From a virus (Duplodnaviria > Caudoviricetes), in the IMG/VR virus record IMGVR_UViG_3300033551_000003, positions 815 through 64,814 of that record: a stretch of DNA of 64,000 nt. One strand, written 5' to 3'. Shown here in pieces: positions 56,152 through 64,000 of the stretch; the first letter of the stretch is position 1; every line of letters starts with the position of its first letter. The notes beneath the pieces are model-generated. The model worked only from the letters and a program-made list of their open reading frames with translations, did no database searches and was not told where the DNA came from. Position numbers and translations under genes: made by a program.

Positions 56152-56754
56152 TAGAAACCCAATGGCCAAAAGCGCACCGTGAAAGGATAGTAAACCCTGT
56201 CCGTCTAGTGCGCCAAAAGATTTTAGCAACCCATTAAGAAACAGCGCACCGATAGGAGTTAGTAACCCAACGTCCTTACAGTGCGCCGTTAGGAATAAGC
56301 AACCCAAACTTCAGTAGCGCGCCATATTGGATTAGTAATCCAAACCCTCGTAGCGCGCCAACAAAACGAAGTAATCCATGTCACGCCAGCGTGCCAAAGG
56401 AAACTAGCAACCCATTGCGCAAGCCAGCGTGCCAGTCTGTGATAGTAACCCACAACAGAAAAGTGTACCGTGAAAGCAGAAGCTAAACCCAATGACGCAT
56501 AGTGGGCCATGAGTACGCAGTAACCCATGTGTACAAAGCTTGTCATAGAAAACAAGAAACCCGTCGCGCGACAGCGCGCCGTAGAACACGAGAAATCCGT
56601 CAATCGACAGCGTGCCAGAAGTACGAAAGTAAACCAAAAAAGCATAGCGCGCCGAGAAGTCTTAGTTACCCACGGAAACGGAGCGCGCCAAAATTTCACA
56701 GTAACCCACAACAGAAAAGCGCGCCATAGCCATGTAGTAACCCACTAGCTCATA
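56152..56754 (+). ncRNA. TIGR array 4b (~16 units)
   Basis: 36-nt dual-repeat units continuing to HH28. Confidence 0.92.
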
Positions 56755-56756
56755 GT

Positions 56757-56823
56757 GTCGAAACCGGGGTACGCCCCGGTCGTCGGGAACCCGATCCTAC
56801 CCGACCTGATGAAGACAGGATCG
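56757..56823 (+). ncRNA. Type II hammerhead ribozyme HH28
   Basis: GUCGGG/CCCGAC stem I; CGAUCCU/AGGAUCG pseudoknot. Confidence 0.88.
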
Positions 56824-56853
56824 CAACTTAGGAGATAAACAAGGAAAACCACA

Positions 56854-57900
56854 ATGGCATCAATCAACATGGTTGAAGCAAGACAGATGCTGATAGACAT
56901 GTACGAGGCCAACGAGCCTTTCATGTTTCTCGGCAAGCCCGGAATGGGTAAGACCTCTATGGTCGAGGACGTCTGTCACTGCCTCGGCATCGGCTTCATC
57001 GACTTCCGCCTGACCCTTAAGGATCCGGTGGAGGTTGGTGGTATGCGCGTGCCGGACGTTAAGACGGGGATGCTCCGGCATTTTGTGCCGGAGGATATAC
57101 CCGATGTAAAGCGCCACGGTCCCAAGGGGATCTTCTTGTTCGACGAAATCAATGTAGTTTCTATGCTACTCCAGTCCACGGCTTATGGAATCATCCAGGA
57201 GCGCCGGATTGGGTCGTACAAGATTGATCTTGGTTGGGTACCGATGGCGTCGGGCAACCTCGTCACCGATCGGGCAGCGGCCCAACGCCTATCCACGGCG
57301 CTGGCAAACCGCTTCAATGTCCAGGTCGTCGAGCCACACCTGCCGTCATGGCTGAAGCAATACGGGTCTGAGCACGTGGATTCGCGGGGAACTGCGTTTC
57401 TGCGGTTTAGGCCAGCGTTGTTCAGCTGCATGCCGGGCCAGGTCATAACGATCGACGACAAGACCCAGACCCCGGTCTCCAAGGACGAGACGGCCTTTCC
57501 GTCGGCCCGCTCCTGGACCAAGGCGTTCAAGTTCATCGATAAGCCCCCGACCTATCGGCGCAAGATATTCGCTGGCTATGTTGGCGAAGTCCCGGCCGAT
57601 GAGTTCGAGGCCTATTGGCGAATCATGGAGAACGCCGTGTCCGTCGAGCAGGTTATCGCCGACCCGAAGGGTGCGCCAATACCCAAGGAGGAGGATGCCG
57701 GCACCTACTATGCGGTGACCGGCATGCTGTCGAGGGCGATGGACTTGAAGAACATCAACCCGATCATGACCTACGTCGGCCGTATGCACAAGGACTACCA
57801 AGTCGTTTGTGTCACCGATGCGATGCGGCGTGATGAAGCGCTGCGTAACACGCGGGCGTACGGCAACTGGGCGGTCAACAACCAGGACGTCATGATGTGA
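56854..57900 (+). CDS. MoxR-like AAA+ ATPase
   Basis: GKPGMGKTS, FLFDEIN, ASGN, ALANRF, PSARSW. Confidence 0.88.
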   Translation: MASINMVEARQMLIDMYEANEPFMFLGKPGMGKTSMVEDVCHCLGIGFIDFRLTLKDPVEVGGMRVPDVKTGMLRHFVPEDIPDVKRHGPKGIFLFDEINVVSMLLQSTAYGIIQERRIGSYKIDLGWVPMASGNLVTDRAAAQRLSTALANRFNVQVVEPHLPSWLKQYGSEHVDSRGTAFLRFRPALFSCMPGQVITIDDKTQTPVSKDETAFPSARSWTKAFKFIDKPPTYRRKIFAGYVGEVPADEFEAYWRIMENAVSVEQVIADPKGAPIPKEEDAGTYYAVTGMLSRAMDLKNINPIMTYVGRMHKDYQVVCVTDAMRRDEALRNTRAYGNWAVNNQDVMM

Positions 57901-57915
57901 CAAATCCCTGACCAT

Positions 57916-57980
57916 GTCGAAACCGGGGTACGCCCCGGTCGCCTGGAACCCGGTCCTACCAGGCCTGATGAGACAGGACC
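57916..57980 (+). ncRNA. Type II hammerhead ribozyme HH29
   Basis: Full core and pseudoknot. Confidence 0.9.
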
Positions 57981-57996
57981 AATTAGGAGAACCAAT

Positions 57997-58170
57997 ATGC
58001 CGACACTTCGCTTCAACGATGGCGTTAGCATCAACACGGATGGACACCTTCGCATCATTCACCTGAAGGACGGCTACTACGTGGTGGGCGAGGGCTTGTG
58101 CATGCCCGTCGACACCCGGGCCGAGGGCGAGGAGTTCATCGCCGAGGAGAAGAAGCGCAACGCCAAGTGA
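57997..58170 (+). CDS. Small hypothetical protein (57 aa)
   Basis: MPTLRFNDGVSINTDG...; RBS after HH29. Confidence 0.65.
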   Translation: MPTLRFNDGVSINTDGHLRIIHLKDGYYVVGEGLCMPVDTRAEGEEFIAEEKKRNAK

Positions 58171-58177
58171 AACGTAT

Positions 58178-58251
58178 GTCGAAACTAGGGGGCCGAAAGG
58201 CCTCCTAGTCGGTGAGGAACTGACCGGCCTCGCCCTGATGAAGACAGGTCA
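58178..58251 (+). ncRNA. Type II hammerhead ribozyme HH30
   Basis: Stem III CUAGGGGGCC-GAAA-GGCCUCCUAG; UGACC/GGUCA pseudoknot. Confidence 0.88.
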
Positions 58252-58265
58252 TTTAGGAGAATAGA

Positions 58266-59771
58266 ATGCAGACAATCGAGATAAACAACCCCTTATTGGC
58301 ACGAGTAGTACGCGCGAGAGCGTTCCTACTCCGTAGCCACCCGTTCTTTGGAAACCTGGCCATGCGGCTAAGGATCCGGGAACACAATGAGCTTAGAGTC
58401 AAAACCATGGCAACGGACGGGACATTCCTGTACTGGTGCCGTGAGTTCTTGGAGAAAGTTAGCGACAGCATGCTTTTGTTTGCTGTCGCCCACGAGGTAC
58501 TCCACTGCGCGCTGTGCCATCATACCCGTCGTGGTACGAGGGACCCGCTGCTGTGGAATATCGCGTGCGATCACGTCGTTAACCTGCTGCTAAGGGCCGC
58601 AGGGTTCCGTCCACCGGACTGGGCCTACTGCGACCCCAAGTATACTGGTCTGAATGCGGAACAAGTTTACCGCCTTCTGTACGAGGAACGTAAGCAGCAG
58701 CAACAGCAACAACCGGAGCCAACGCCCCAACCTGGTCAGGACGACCAGCAGGCGACCGGCTCCGGCGACCAAGACCCCGATCAGGAGGCCGACCCCAAGG
58801 GCGGCTCCCCCGGGGATGACGATGAAGAAGGTGACGAAGGAGAAGAGCAATGCGGTTCCAACGGTGGAGCTTCATCCGACCAGGATTCCAAGTCTGGTTC
58901 GGACAGCGAGGATGGGACGTCCGGTACCTCAACAGAGGACGATGCGCCCCAGGATGCTGGCTCTTCTTCCGAGGGCGGGTCTGCGGGGAGTCCCACATCC
59001 GACTCTTCGGATGGGACGCCTGGCCGATCTGGTCTCCCCCAATCCCATGGCGATCCTGGCGGATGCGGCGAAGTTCTAGACGCCGCGCCGTCCTATGATG
59101 ACACCAAATTGTCAGAAGCCGAGGGTGAGTGGCAGACCTACGTCCGTCAAGCTATCAACGTTGCCCGCAAAGCGGGGGAAGGCCGGTTACCGGGCTTCCT
59201 CGAGGAAGTAATCGACACGTTGAACGACCCCCGCACCGATTGGCGTCAAGCCCTTCGGGAGTGGGTGGACTACTCTAATACCAAGGACTACACCTGGACG
59301 ACACCGAACCGCCGTATGTTCGCGTTGGGGTACATAACCCCCGGCATGGTCAGCGATGGACTTAACAAGGTGGCGTTTATCATCGACTCCTCGGGGTCTG
59401 TTCACACCGAGTGGTTGAAGAAGTTCGGCGGTGAAGCCCAAGCCGCCCTCGACGATGGGGCAATCGACAACGCAATTGTAATCTTTGCCGATGATGGCAT
59501 CCACCGTATTGAAGAATACAGTAAGGGTGACATCATCGACTGGACTGTCCAGGGGCGCGGCGGAACTAGCTTCAGCCCCGCCCTGGGTTGGCTGATGGAG
59601 AACGTTCCCGATCTGTCGGGGGCGGTCTACTTTACCGACCTGGACAGCACGGACTTTGGACCGCAGCCGACCTTCCCACTTCTGTGGGCGGCCTATGGTC
59701 CCGATCCGAATGAACTGCAGAGGTTAATTGCGCGGTTGCCGTTCGGCGAGTGTATCGAACTGGTCGACTAA
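58266..59771 (+). CDS. DUF2201-type metallopeptidase-VWA protein
   Basis: PFFG, TMATDG, AHEVLH, WNIACD, acidic linker, IDSSGS MIDAS, GRGGTSF, YFTD. Confidence 0.88.
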   Translation: MQTIEINNPLLARVVRARAFLLRSHPFFGNLAMRLRIREHNELRVKTMATDGTFLYWCREFLEKVSDSMLLFAVAHEVLHCALCHHTRRGTRDPLLWNIACDHVVNLLLRAAGFRPPDWAYCDPKYTGLNAEQVYRLLYEERKQQQQQQPEPTPQPGQDDQQATGSGDQDPDQEADPKGGSPGDDDEEGDEGEEQCGSNGGASSDQDSKSGSDSEDGTSGTSTEDDAPQDAGSSSEGGSAGSPTSDSSDGTPGRSGLPQSHGDPGGCGEVLDAAPSYDDTKLSEAEGEWQTYVRQAINVARKAGEGRLPGFLEEVIDTLNDPRTDWRQALREWVDYSNTKDYTWTTPNRRMFALGYITPGMVSDGLNKVAFIIDSSGSVHTEWLKKFGGEAQAALDDGAIDNAIVIFADDGIHRIEEYSKGDIIDWTVQGRGGTSFSPALGWLMENVPDLSGAVYFTDLDSTDFGPQPTFPLLWAAYGPDPNELQRLIARLPFGECIELVD

Positions 59772-59778
59772 TGGGTGA

Positions 59779-59843
59779 GTCGAAACCGGGGTACGCCCCG
59801 GTCTGCTGGAACCTGGTCCTACCAGCACTGAGGAGACAGGACC
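59779..59843 (+). ncRNA. Type II hammerhead ribozyme HH31 (CUGAGGA)
   Basis: Near-identical to HH11. Confidence 0.9.
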
Positions 59844-59858
59844 GATTAGGAGAATGAA

Positions 59859-60140
59859 ATGAACAAGAGCAAAGACAAGGAGCGGGTAGCTTGGATGCAC
59901 GCCGCCATCGAACTAAACGCCAAGCGTGAAGGCTGGTCGTTATTCGAGTGCGATGACGGTCGCCTACGCATCCAACGCCTGGATTTTCCATACGACTCTA
60001 CGGGACGCCCCATCGATCCACTATTTGACAGCGACGAGTCCGCCGTGCAATTCGTCAAGGACCTCGCTGATACAGGGTCGTCCTTTCACCAAGTTACGCT
60101 TCGTCTGCACGGGATGAAGGTGTCGAAATCTGGAGAGTAA
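59859..60140 (+). CDS. Hypothetical protein
   Basis: AKREGWSLFEC..IQRLD..FDSDESAVQFV; RBS. Confidence 0.7.
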   Translation: MNKSKDKERVAWMHAAIELNAKREGWSLFECDDGRLRIQRLDFPYDSTGRPIDPLFDSDESAVQFVKDLADTGSSFHQVTLRLHGMKVSKSGE

Positions 60141-60142
60141 AA

Positions 60143-60364
60143 ATGCACACGTACCGACATTCCTTCGATGCGTTAGAAGAGTTCCCAAGTAAATGGGAAA
60201 CCGGCCTTTGGATTACCCACAAGGACGGTAATTATTGGCGTACGGTCGCCAGCTTTGACGCCGAGTGGAAGGCAGCGTTGTACGCCTCCTTCCTCAACGG
60301 CGGTAAGCCACCCATCGGTGTGCTGAACGAGCTCTTCGCAGGCGCCAATATCAGCTTCGAATGA
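60143..60364 (+). CDS. Small phage protein
   Basis: AALYASFLNGG motif; GGAG RBS. Confidence 0.6.
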   Translation: MHTYRHSFDALEEFPSKWETGLWITHKDGNYWRTVASFDAEWKAALYASFLNGGKPPIGVLNELFAGANISFE

Positions 60365-60366
60365 AA

Positions 60367-60434
60367 GTCGAAACCGGGGGTGTAACCCCGGTCACGGATG
60401 GGGTGGTTCCCCACCGTCTGATGAAGACAAACCA
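60367..60434 (+). ncRNA. Type II hammerhead ribozyme HH32
   Basis: Core CUGAUGA; UGGUU/AACCA pseudoknot. Confidence 0.82.
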
Positions 60435-60451
60435 ACTTAGGAGAATGAAAA

Positions 60452-60943
60452 ATGAAAACAAACGACCAAGACCGGAGCTCTGCTCCGGAGGAGAAATACG
60501 TCACTGAGTACATCCACGGCCGCGAGGTCAGGATGCATGAAGAGGACCACCGCGAGTACCTCGACCACTTGGCCGAGCGTGAGCTGTGGGACACGTTCAT
60601 CGAATCTTTAGTAGGAGAACCGATGACACCAGACTATCTAGCCGTCGTCCTTATTGGCGGCGGTAGTTCCTGGGGCCGCGCCCCAGACAAGGAAGCAGCA
60701 ATCCAGAGGGCGATGAAAGCCCTCAAGGATTGGACGATCTACTTCGACCTCTCCAACACAGAGGTCGAGATAAACGTGATTGACGTGGCCGGTTACAGTG
60801 ACTGCAACTGGGGTGGGAACCCTGGTGGGTGGTTACACGGTACTAACATAAAAACCGGCCAGGATGAGGCGATCAAGCGCCCCATCGAGATTGTCAAGCG
60901 CAGGACCCCCCGGTGGCGAATAAAGCGTCGGGGGCACCGATGA
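60452..60943 (+). CDS. Hypothetical protein
   Basis: RBS after HH32. Confidence 0.65.
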   Translation: MKTNDQDRSSAPEEKYVTEYIHGREVRMHEEDHREYLDHLAERELWDTFIESLVGEPMTPDYLAVVLIGGGSSWGRAPDKEAAIQRAMKALKDWTIYFDLSNTEVEINVIDVAGYSDCNWGGNPGGWLHGTNIKTGQDEAIKRPIEIVKRRTPRWRIKRRGHR

Positions 60944-61425
60944 CTGCGCAAGAGGAGCTAATTCAATATCTGAAGCAGATGGTGGACTTCTTCGAAGCCC
61001 CCATGTGCCCCCTGGAACGTTTTATCCTCGAGTGCGGGCAGGACTTTAAGCCCGCCAAGCGGCCCAAGGGTCTACGGAAGATGACCGATAAGCAATGCTA
61101 CCGGAACGCCACCGTGCTAAGCCGGGAGCGGGGACTACATTATGCTGAGGGCTTCGCCACCAGCATCATCCCCGTACTCCATGCCTGGTGCGTGGACGAT
61201 AACGGTACGGTCGTCGACCCGACCTGGAGACATCCTGAGACTGCCGCCTATCGAGGATTCATCATTCCTCAGGAGATTCTAGCTAGGGAAATCCTACGGA
61301 ACGGCTACTACGGAGTGCTCGGACAGGACATAATCGATATCAAGCTAATCGAGCGACTCCGCAAGTTCCACTTGGCTAATCAGCCAAAGTTGGCTAAAGC
61401 GGCCAGCGGCGGTATGACTAGCTGA
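60940..61425 (+). CDS. Papain/transglutaminase-like fold protein (C..N, HAW, D.T)
   Basis: KQCYRNA, YAEGFA, LHAWCV, VVDPTW. Confidence 0.6.
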   Translation: MTAQEELIQYLKQMVDFFEAPMCPLERFILECGQDFKPAKRPKGLRKMTDKQCYRNATVLSRERGLHYAEGFATSIIPVLHAWCVDDNGTVVDPTWRHPETAAYRGFIIPQEILAREILRNGYYGVLGQDIIDIKLIERLRKFHLANQPKLAKAASGGMTS

Positions 61426-61826
61426 GGCTAGGCAAGGGCGGTGCTTAGGGATGCGTTCTGGTAACAGCTTACGCGTCCCGATCTCCTAACCGTGTTGCAG
61501 GGTCCACGGTCCGCTCAGACCCTGCGGCTAATTCGCTACTAGAGAGAAATCGCGGACCACCTACCAACACACTGGCCCAATCACATGACCAACATAAGCA
61601 ACCAACTAACCGAACGTATTATTAAACGCATAAGCACCATCCCGGCCAGTAACCCGATGATGATAGAAGCTATACCTGGTACTTTGAGTTCTGTACTTAG
61701 CCGCACGCTCATTCGTAAGATCGCCGAGGAGGTTGTTGAGGAGACTGGGGAGTATCTTAAGGAAATCACCGAAGCGTTGGTGAGAAAATCGCAGAGTGAG
61801 ACGCCCTCTAACTAAGGAGAACAACG

Positions 61827-62135
61827 ATGCTACACAACCCAAATTGGGACAAGCCCTCACTTGCAGGGTTCCTAGCTTTTTGTCGATCCAAGTCAGAGGA
61901 GGTTTACTACTGGGGGAGCAACGACTCTTGCGCTTGCGCTCAGTACTACAAGTCTATTGGTATGTTTGCGCAATGGGAGCATCGCATGGCACCTTCTTTG
62001 TTTAGCATCCCCGATGCAGAGCTACAACTAATGCACAATCTTGACAAGCTGGCATTCAAGACAGCGTGTGAAGGTATTTTTCTCGAGACCGTGACTTTTG
62101 GTAACCTTGCCGATTATATCGAGGCAAATACATGA
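61827..62135 (+). CDS. Hypothetical protein
   Basis: AAGGAG RBS; CACAQY, TFGNL. Confidence 0.6.
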   Translation: MLHNPNWDKPSLAGFLAFCRSKSEEVYYWGSNDSCACAQYYKSIGMFAQWEHRMAPSLFSIPDAELQLMHNLDKLAFKTACEGIFLETVTFGNLADYIEANT

Positions 62136-62650
62136 GACGTGGTGGTGGCAAGAACAAGGGTTCTGCGTTCGAACGCAAAATCTGTAAACAGTTATCGCTC
62201 TGGGTGTCCTTCGGGAAGCAGTCAGATTGCTTCTGGAGGAGTGCCATTAGCGGGGGGCGTGCCACCGTCCAGCACCGCAAGGGTGTCAAGGTGCGCCAAA
62301 GCGGGGATATTGTATCGGTGAGTCCGGAGGGCCACGTCCTCACGAACTCATGGTACGTGGAGTGTAAGCACGTTCGTAGCCTAGACCTAGCATCCTTCAT
62401 CCTTAAGCGGAAGGGCAAGCTCGCTAAGTTCTGGCAGACCGCAACGCGCGAAGCTGAAAAGCACGACAAGGATGCCTTGCTGATTGCCAAGCAGAACAAC
62501 CAGCCTGTCCTCGTAATGGCAACTGTCTTTCCCAGTGGCGTATGTCGTCTTGTTGCCACCGTTTATATCGGACGCGAGGAAGTCCACATCGCCCTGTTCG
62601 ATGATATGATAAAGGCCCACGACCCCCCGGGGTGGAAGAGGGAAATCTAG
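62132..62650 (+). CDS. PD-(D/E)xK Holliday junction resolvase-like nuclease
   Basis: KNKGSAFERKI, GDI, VECKH, FWQTA, LIAKQN. Confidence 0.8.
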   Translation: MRRGGGKNKGSAFERKICKQLSLWVSFGKQSDCFWRSAISGGRATVQHRKGVKVRQSGDIVSVSPEGHVLTNSWYVECKHVRSLDLASFILKRKGKLAKFWQTATREAEKHDKDALLIAKQNNQPVLVMATVFPSGVCRLVATVYIGREEVHIALFDDMIKAHDPPGWKREI

Positions 62651-62651
62651 G

Positions 62652-63671
62652 ATGTCCTTCCTGGTTACAGGTGACCTGCACCTCAACACCAATCCCCGGG
62701 ACCGATACCGCCACGAGTTTCAGAAGCAGCTTAACACCCTCGCACGTCAATTCGATGTCGAGGGTATCATAATTCTAGGAGACCTAACGGACGACGCTGA
62801 CTGGCACCCGGCCGTGCTGGTTAACCAGGTCGTAGAGTACCTTTACCAATTAAGCAAGCACTGCCCGGTTATTATACCGATGGGGAACCATGATTATACA
62901 TCGCTAGCCGGGTCCGACACCCCCTACTTTTCGTTTGTCAGCCGATTGCAGCGCGTATTTTGGCTAGGGAGCCCCCGGGCTACCCCCGCCCCCAAGGACC
63001 CACTGAGCGACGTTGTGAGGGGGCTAGGCAAGGTGCTCTGGCTCCCCCATACCCCTAATTATAAGCGGGACTGGGCTGGGGTCGCTCCTAAGGGGGACTG
63101 GGACTGGATATTCACCCATAATACCTTTACGGGCGCTAGGGATCACGGGCACGTCCTGGAGGGCATTCCCACCGATGTATTCAAGCCTAAGGCCCGGGTA
63201 ATCTCCGGGGATGTCCACGTGCCCCAGACCGTTGGACCCGTCACCTATTGTGGGGCACCGTACCTGATCAAGTTCGGGGACGACTACACCCCAAGGGTGC
63301 TTATGCTGGAGGATGACCGGATGCGCTCGATTGAGTGCACCGGAGCGCAGAAGCGATTGGTCTCCTTGATCTACAAAAAGGCACCAAAGCGGGTCCCTGC
63401 TAATCCCGGCGACATTGTCAAGATCGAGGTTGTCCTTGAACCGGATGAGGTTGCGCGTTGGAGTGAGATAAAAGACCACATTAGGTCCTTGGCTGAAGAG
63501 CAGGGCTTAAATGTCTACCTAATCCAGCCTGTGGTTAACACCCCGGAGCGGCGTATGTCTAAGCGCGTTATGCAATCCCCCAGGTCCGACAAGGAACTCG
63601 TGGAGGCCTACGCCCGCGCCAGTAAGATAGACGACCACACCCTCAAGGTTGGATTAGAGCTCCTAAAATGA
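62652..63671 (+). CDS. SbcD/Mre11-like metallophosphoesterase (gp47-like)
   Basis: GDLH, LGDLTD, GNHD, THN, SGDVH. Confidence 0.88.
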   Translation: MSFLVTGDLHLNTNPRDRYRHEFQKQLNTLARQFDVEGIIILGDLTDDADWHPAVLVNQVVEYLYQLSKHCPVIIPMGNHDYTSLAGSDTPYFSFVSRLQRVFWLGSPRATPAPKDPLSDVVRGLGKVLWLPHTPNYKRDWAGVAPKGDWDWIFTHNTFTGARDHGHVLEGIPTDVFKPKARVISGDVHVPQTVGPVTYCGAPYLIKFGDDYTPRVLMLEDDRMRSIECTGAQKRLVSLIYKKAPKRVPANPGDIVKIEVVLEPDEVARWSEIKDHIRSLAEEQGLNVYLIQPVVNTPERRMSKRVMQSPRSDKELVEAYARASKIDDHTLKVGLELLK

Positions 63672-64000
63672 TTGACCTGCAATTCCAGCAGCTAACTGTC
63701 GGTAACTTTAAGTCCTTTATCGGTAAGCCCTCAACCGTTGATCTAGCGGGGCGTGGGCTGGTCTTTGTGCGCGGGCGCAATGACCTGGAACCCCGCCTGG
63801 GGGCCAACGATGTTGGCAAGACCACCCTATTCGATGCTATCACCTGGTGCCTGTACGGCCGCACCGTGGACAACCAGCGCAACCCGGACATCGCCCCCTG
63901 GACGGGGAACTCCGGTAATCCATCGGTGCGGGTGGCACTCCAGCGTGACGGGGAGGCGAGTACCATCGCACGCTCCACCAGCCCTAACCGCCTGACGATC
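63668..64000 (+). CDS. SbcC/Rad50-like ATPase (gp46-like), truncated at window end
   Basis: MIDLQFQQLTVGNFKSF...GANDVGKTTLFDAITWCLYGRT. Confidence 0.85.
   Translation, partial: MIDLQFQQLTVGNFKSFIGKPSTVDLAGRGLVFVRGRNDLEPRLGANDVGKTTLFDAITWCLYGRTVDNQRNPDIAPWTGNSGNPSVRVALQRDGEASTIARSTSPNRLTI

Noticed and set aside
55759-56754. CRISPR array interpretation of the 36-nt periodic repeats
   Set aside because: Repeats are two alternating degenerate 9-mers with 9-nt spacers, not 25-40-nt repeats with ~30-nt spacers; no cas genes in the window
60121-60140. GTCGAAATC resembling the start of another hammerhead
   Set aside because: No stem III, stem I or CUGANGA follows; at most a remnant
41798-60434. 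Intergenic repeats as terminators, REP elements or integron attC sites
   Set aside because: No U-tracts, no integron integrase; conserved unpaired GAAA, GUC and CUGANGA with covarying stems fit hammerheads
1-64000. tRNA, rRNA, integrase, major capsid or portal genes
   Set aside because: None recognised by eye; tRNAscan-SE and HMM searches would be needed to exclude them

Overview
This is a 64-kb segment of a tailed dsDNA phage genome (Caudoviricetes; an alphaproteobacterial host is a weak inference). It has two divergent arms. The minus-strand arm (1-~40.3 kb) carries a truncated ADP-ribosyltransferase-containing polyprotein, terminase small and large subunits, a NusG-like factor, an Acb2/Tad1-like protein, RecA, SSB, a UvsY-like protein, a clamp loader, a UDG-fused family A polymerase and a clamp. 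It also carries a thymidine-hypermodification cluster (dUMP hydroxymethylase-like, HD hydrolase, 5hmdU DNA kinase, two P-loop kinases, amino-acid:DNA transferase, plus an embedded SLC13/DASS transporter), a sigma-like factor, primase, SNF2 helicase and DnaB. The plus-strand arm (~41-64 kb) holds ~45 mostly small genes followed by a resolvase and SbcD/SbcC. Two RNA-based systems stand out. (1) A TIGR-Tas system: a Nop-domain TasA-like gene (54734-55750) with six 36-nt dual-repeat/dual-spacer array segments (~85 units) spread over the window. (2) Nearly every gene boundary of the plus-strand arm from 41.8 to 60.4 kb contains a predicted self-cleaving ribozyme: 32 type II pseudoknotted hammerheads and 2 HDV-like ribozymes, almost all placed directly before an AGGAG ribosome-binding site. 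Some of these hammerheads also border and split the TIGR arrays. All assignments were made by eye from motifs; no database searches were run.
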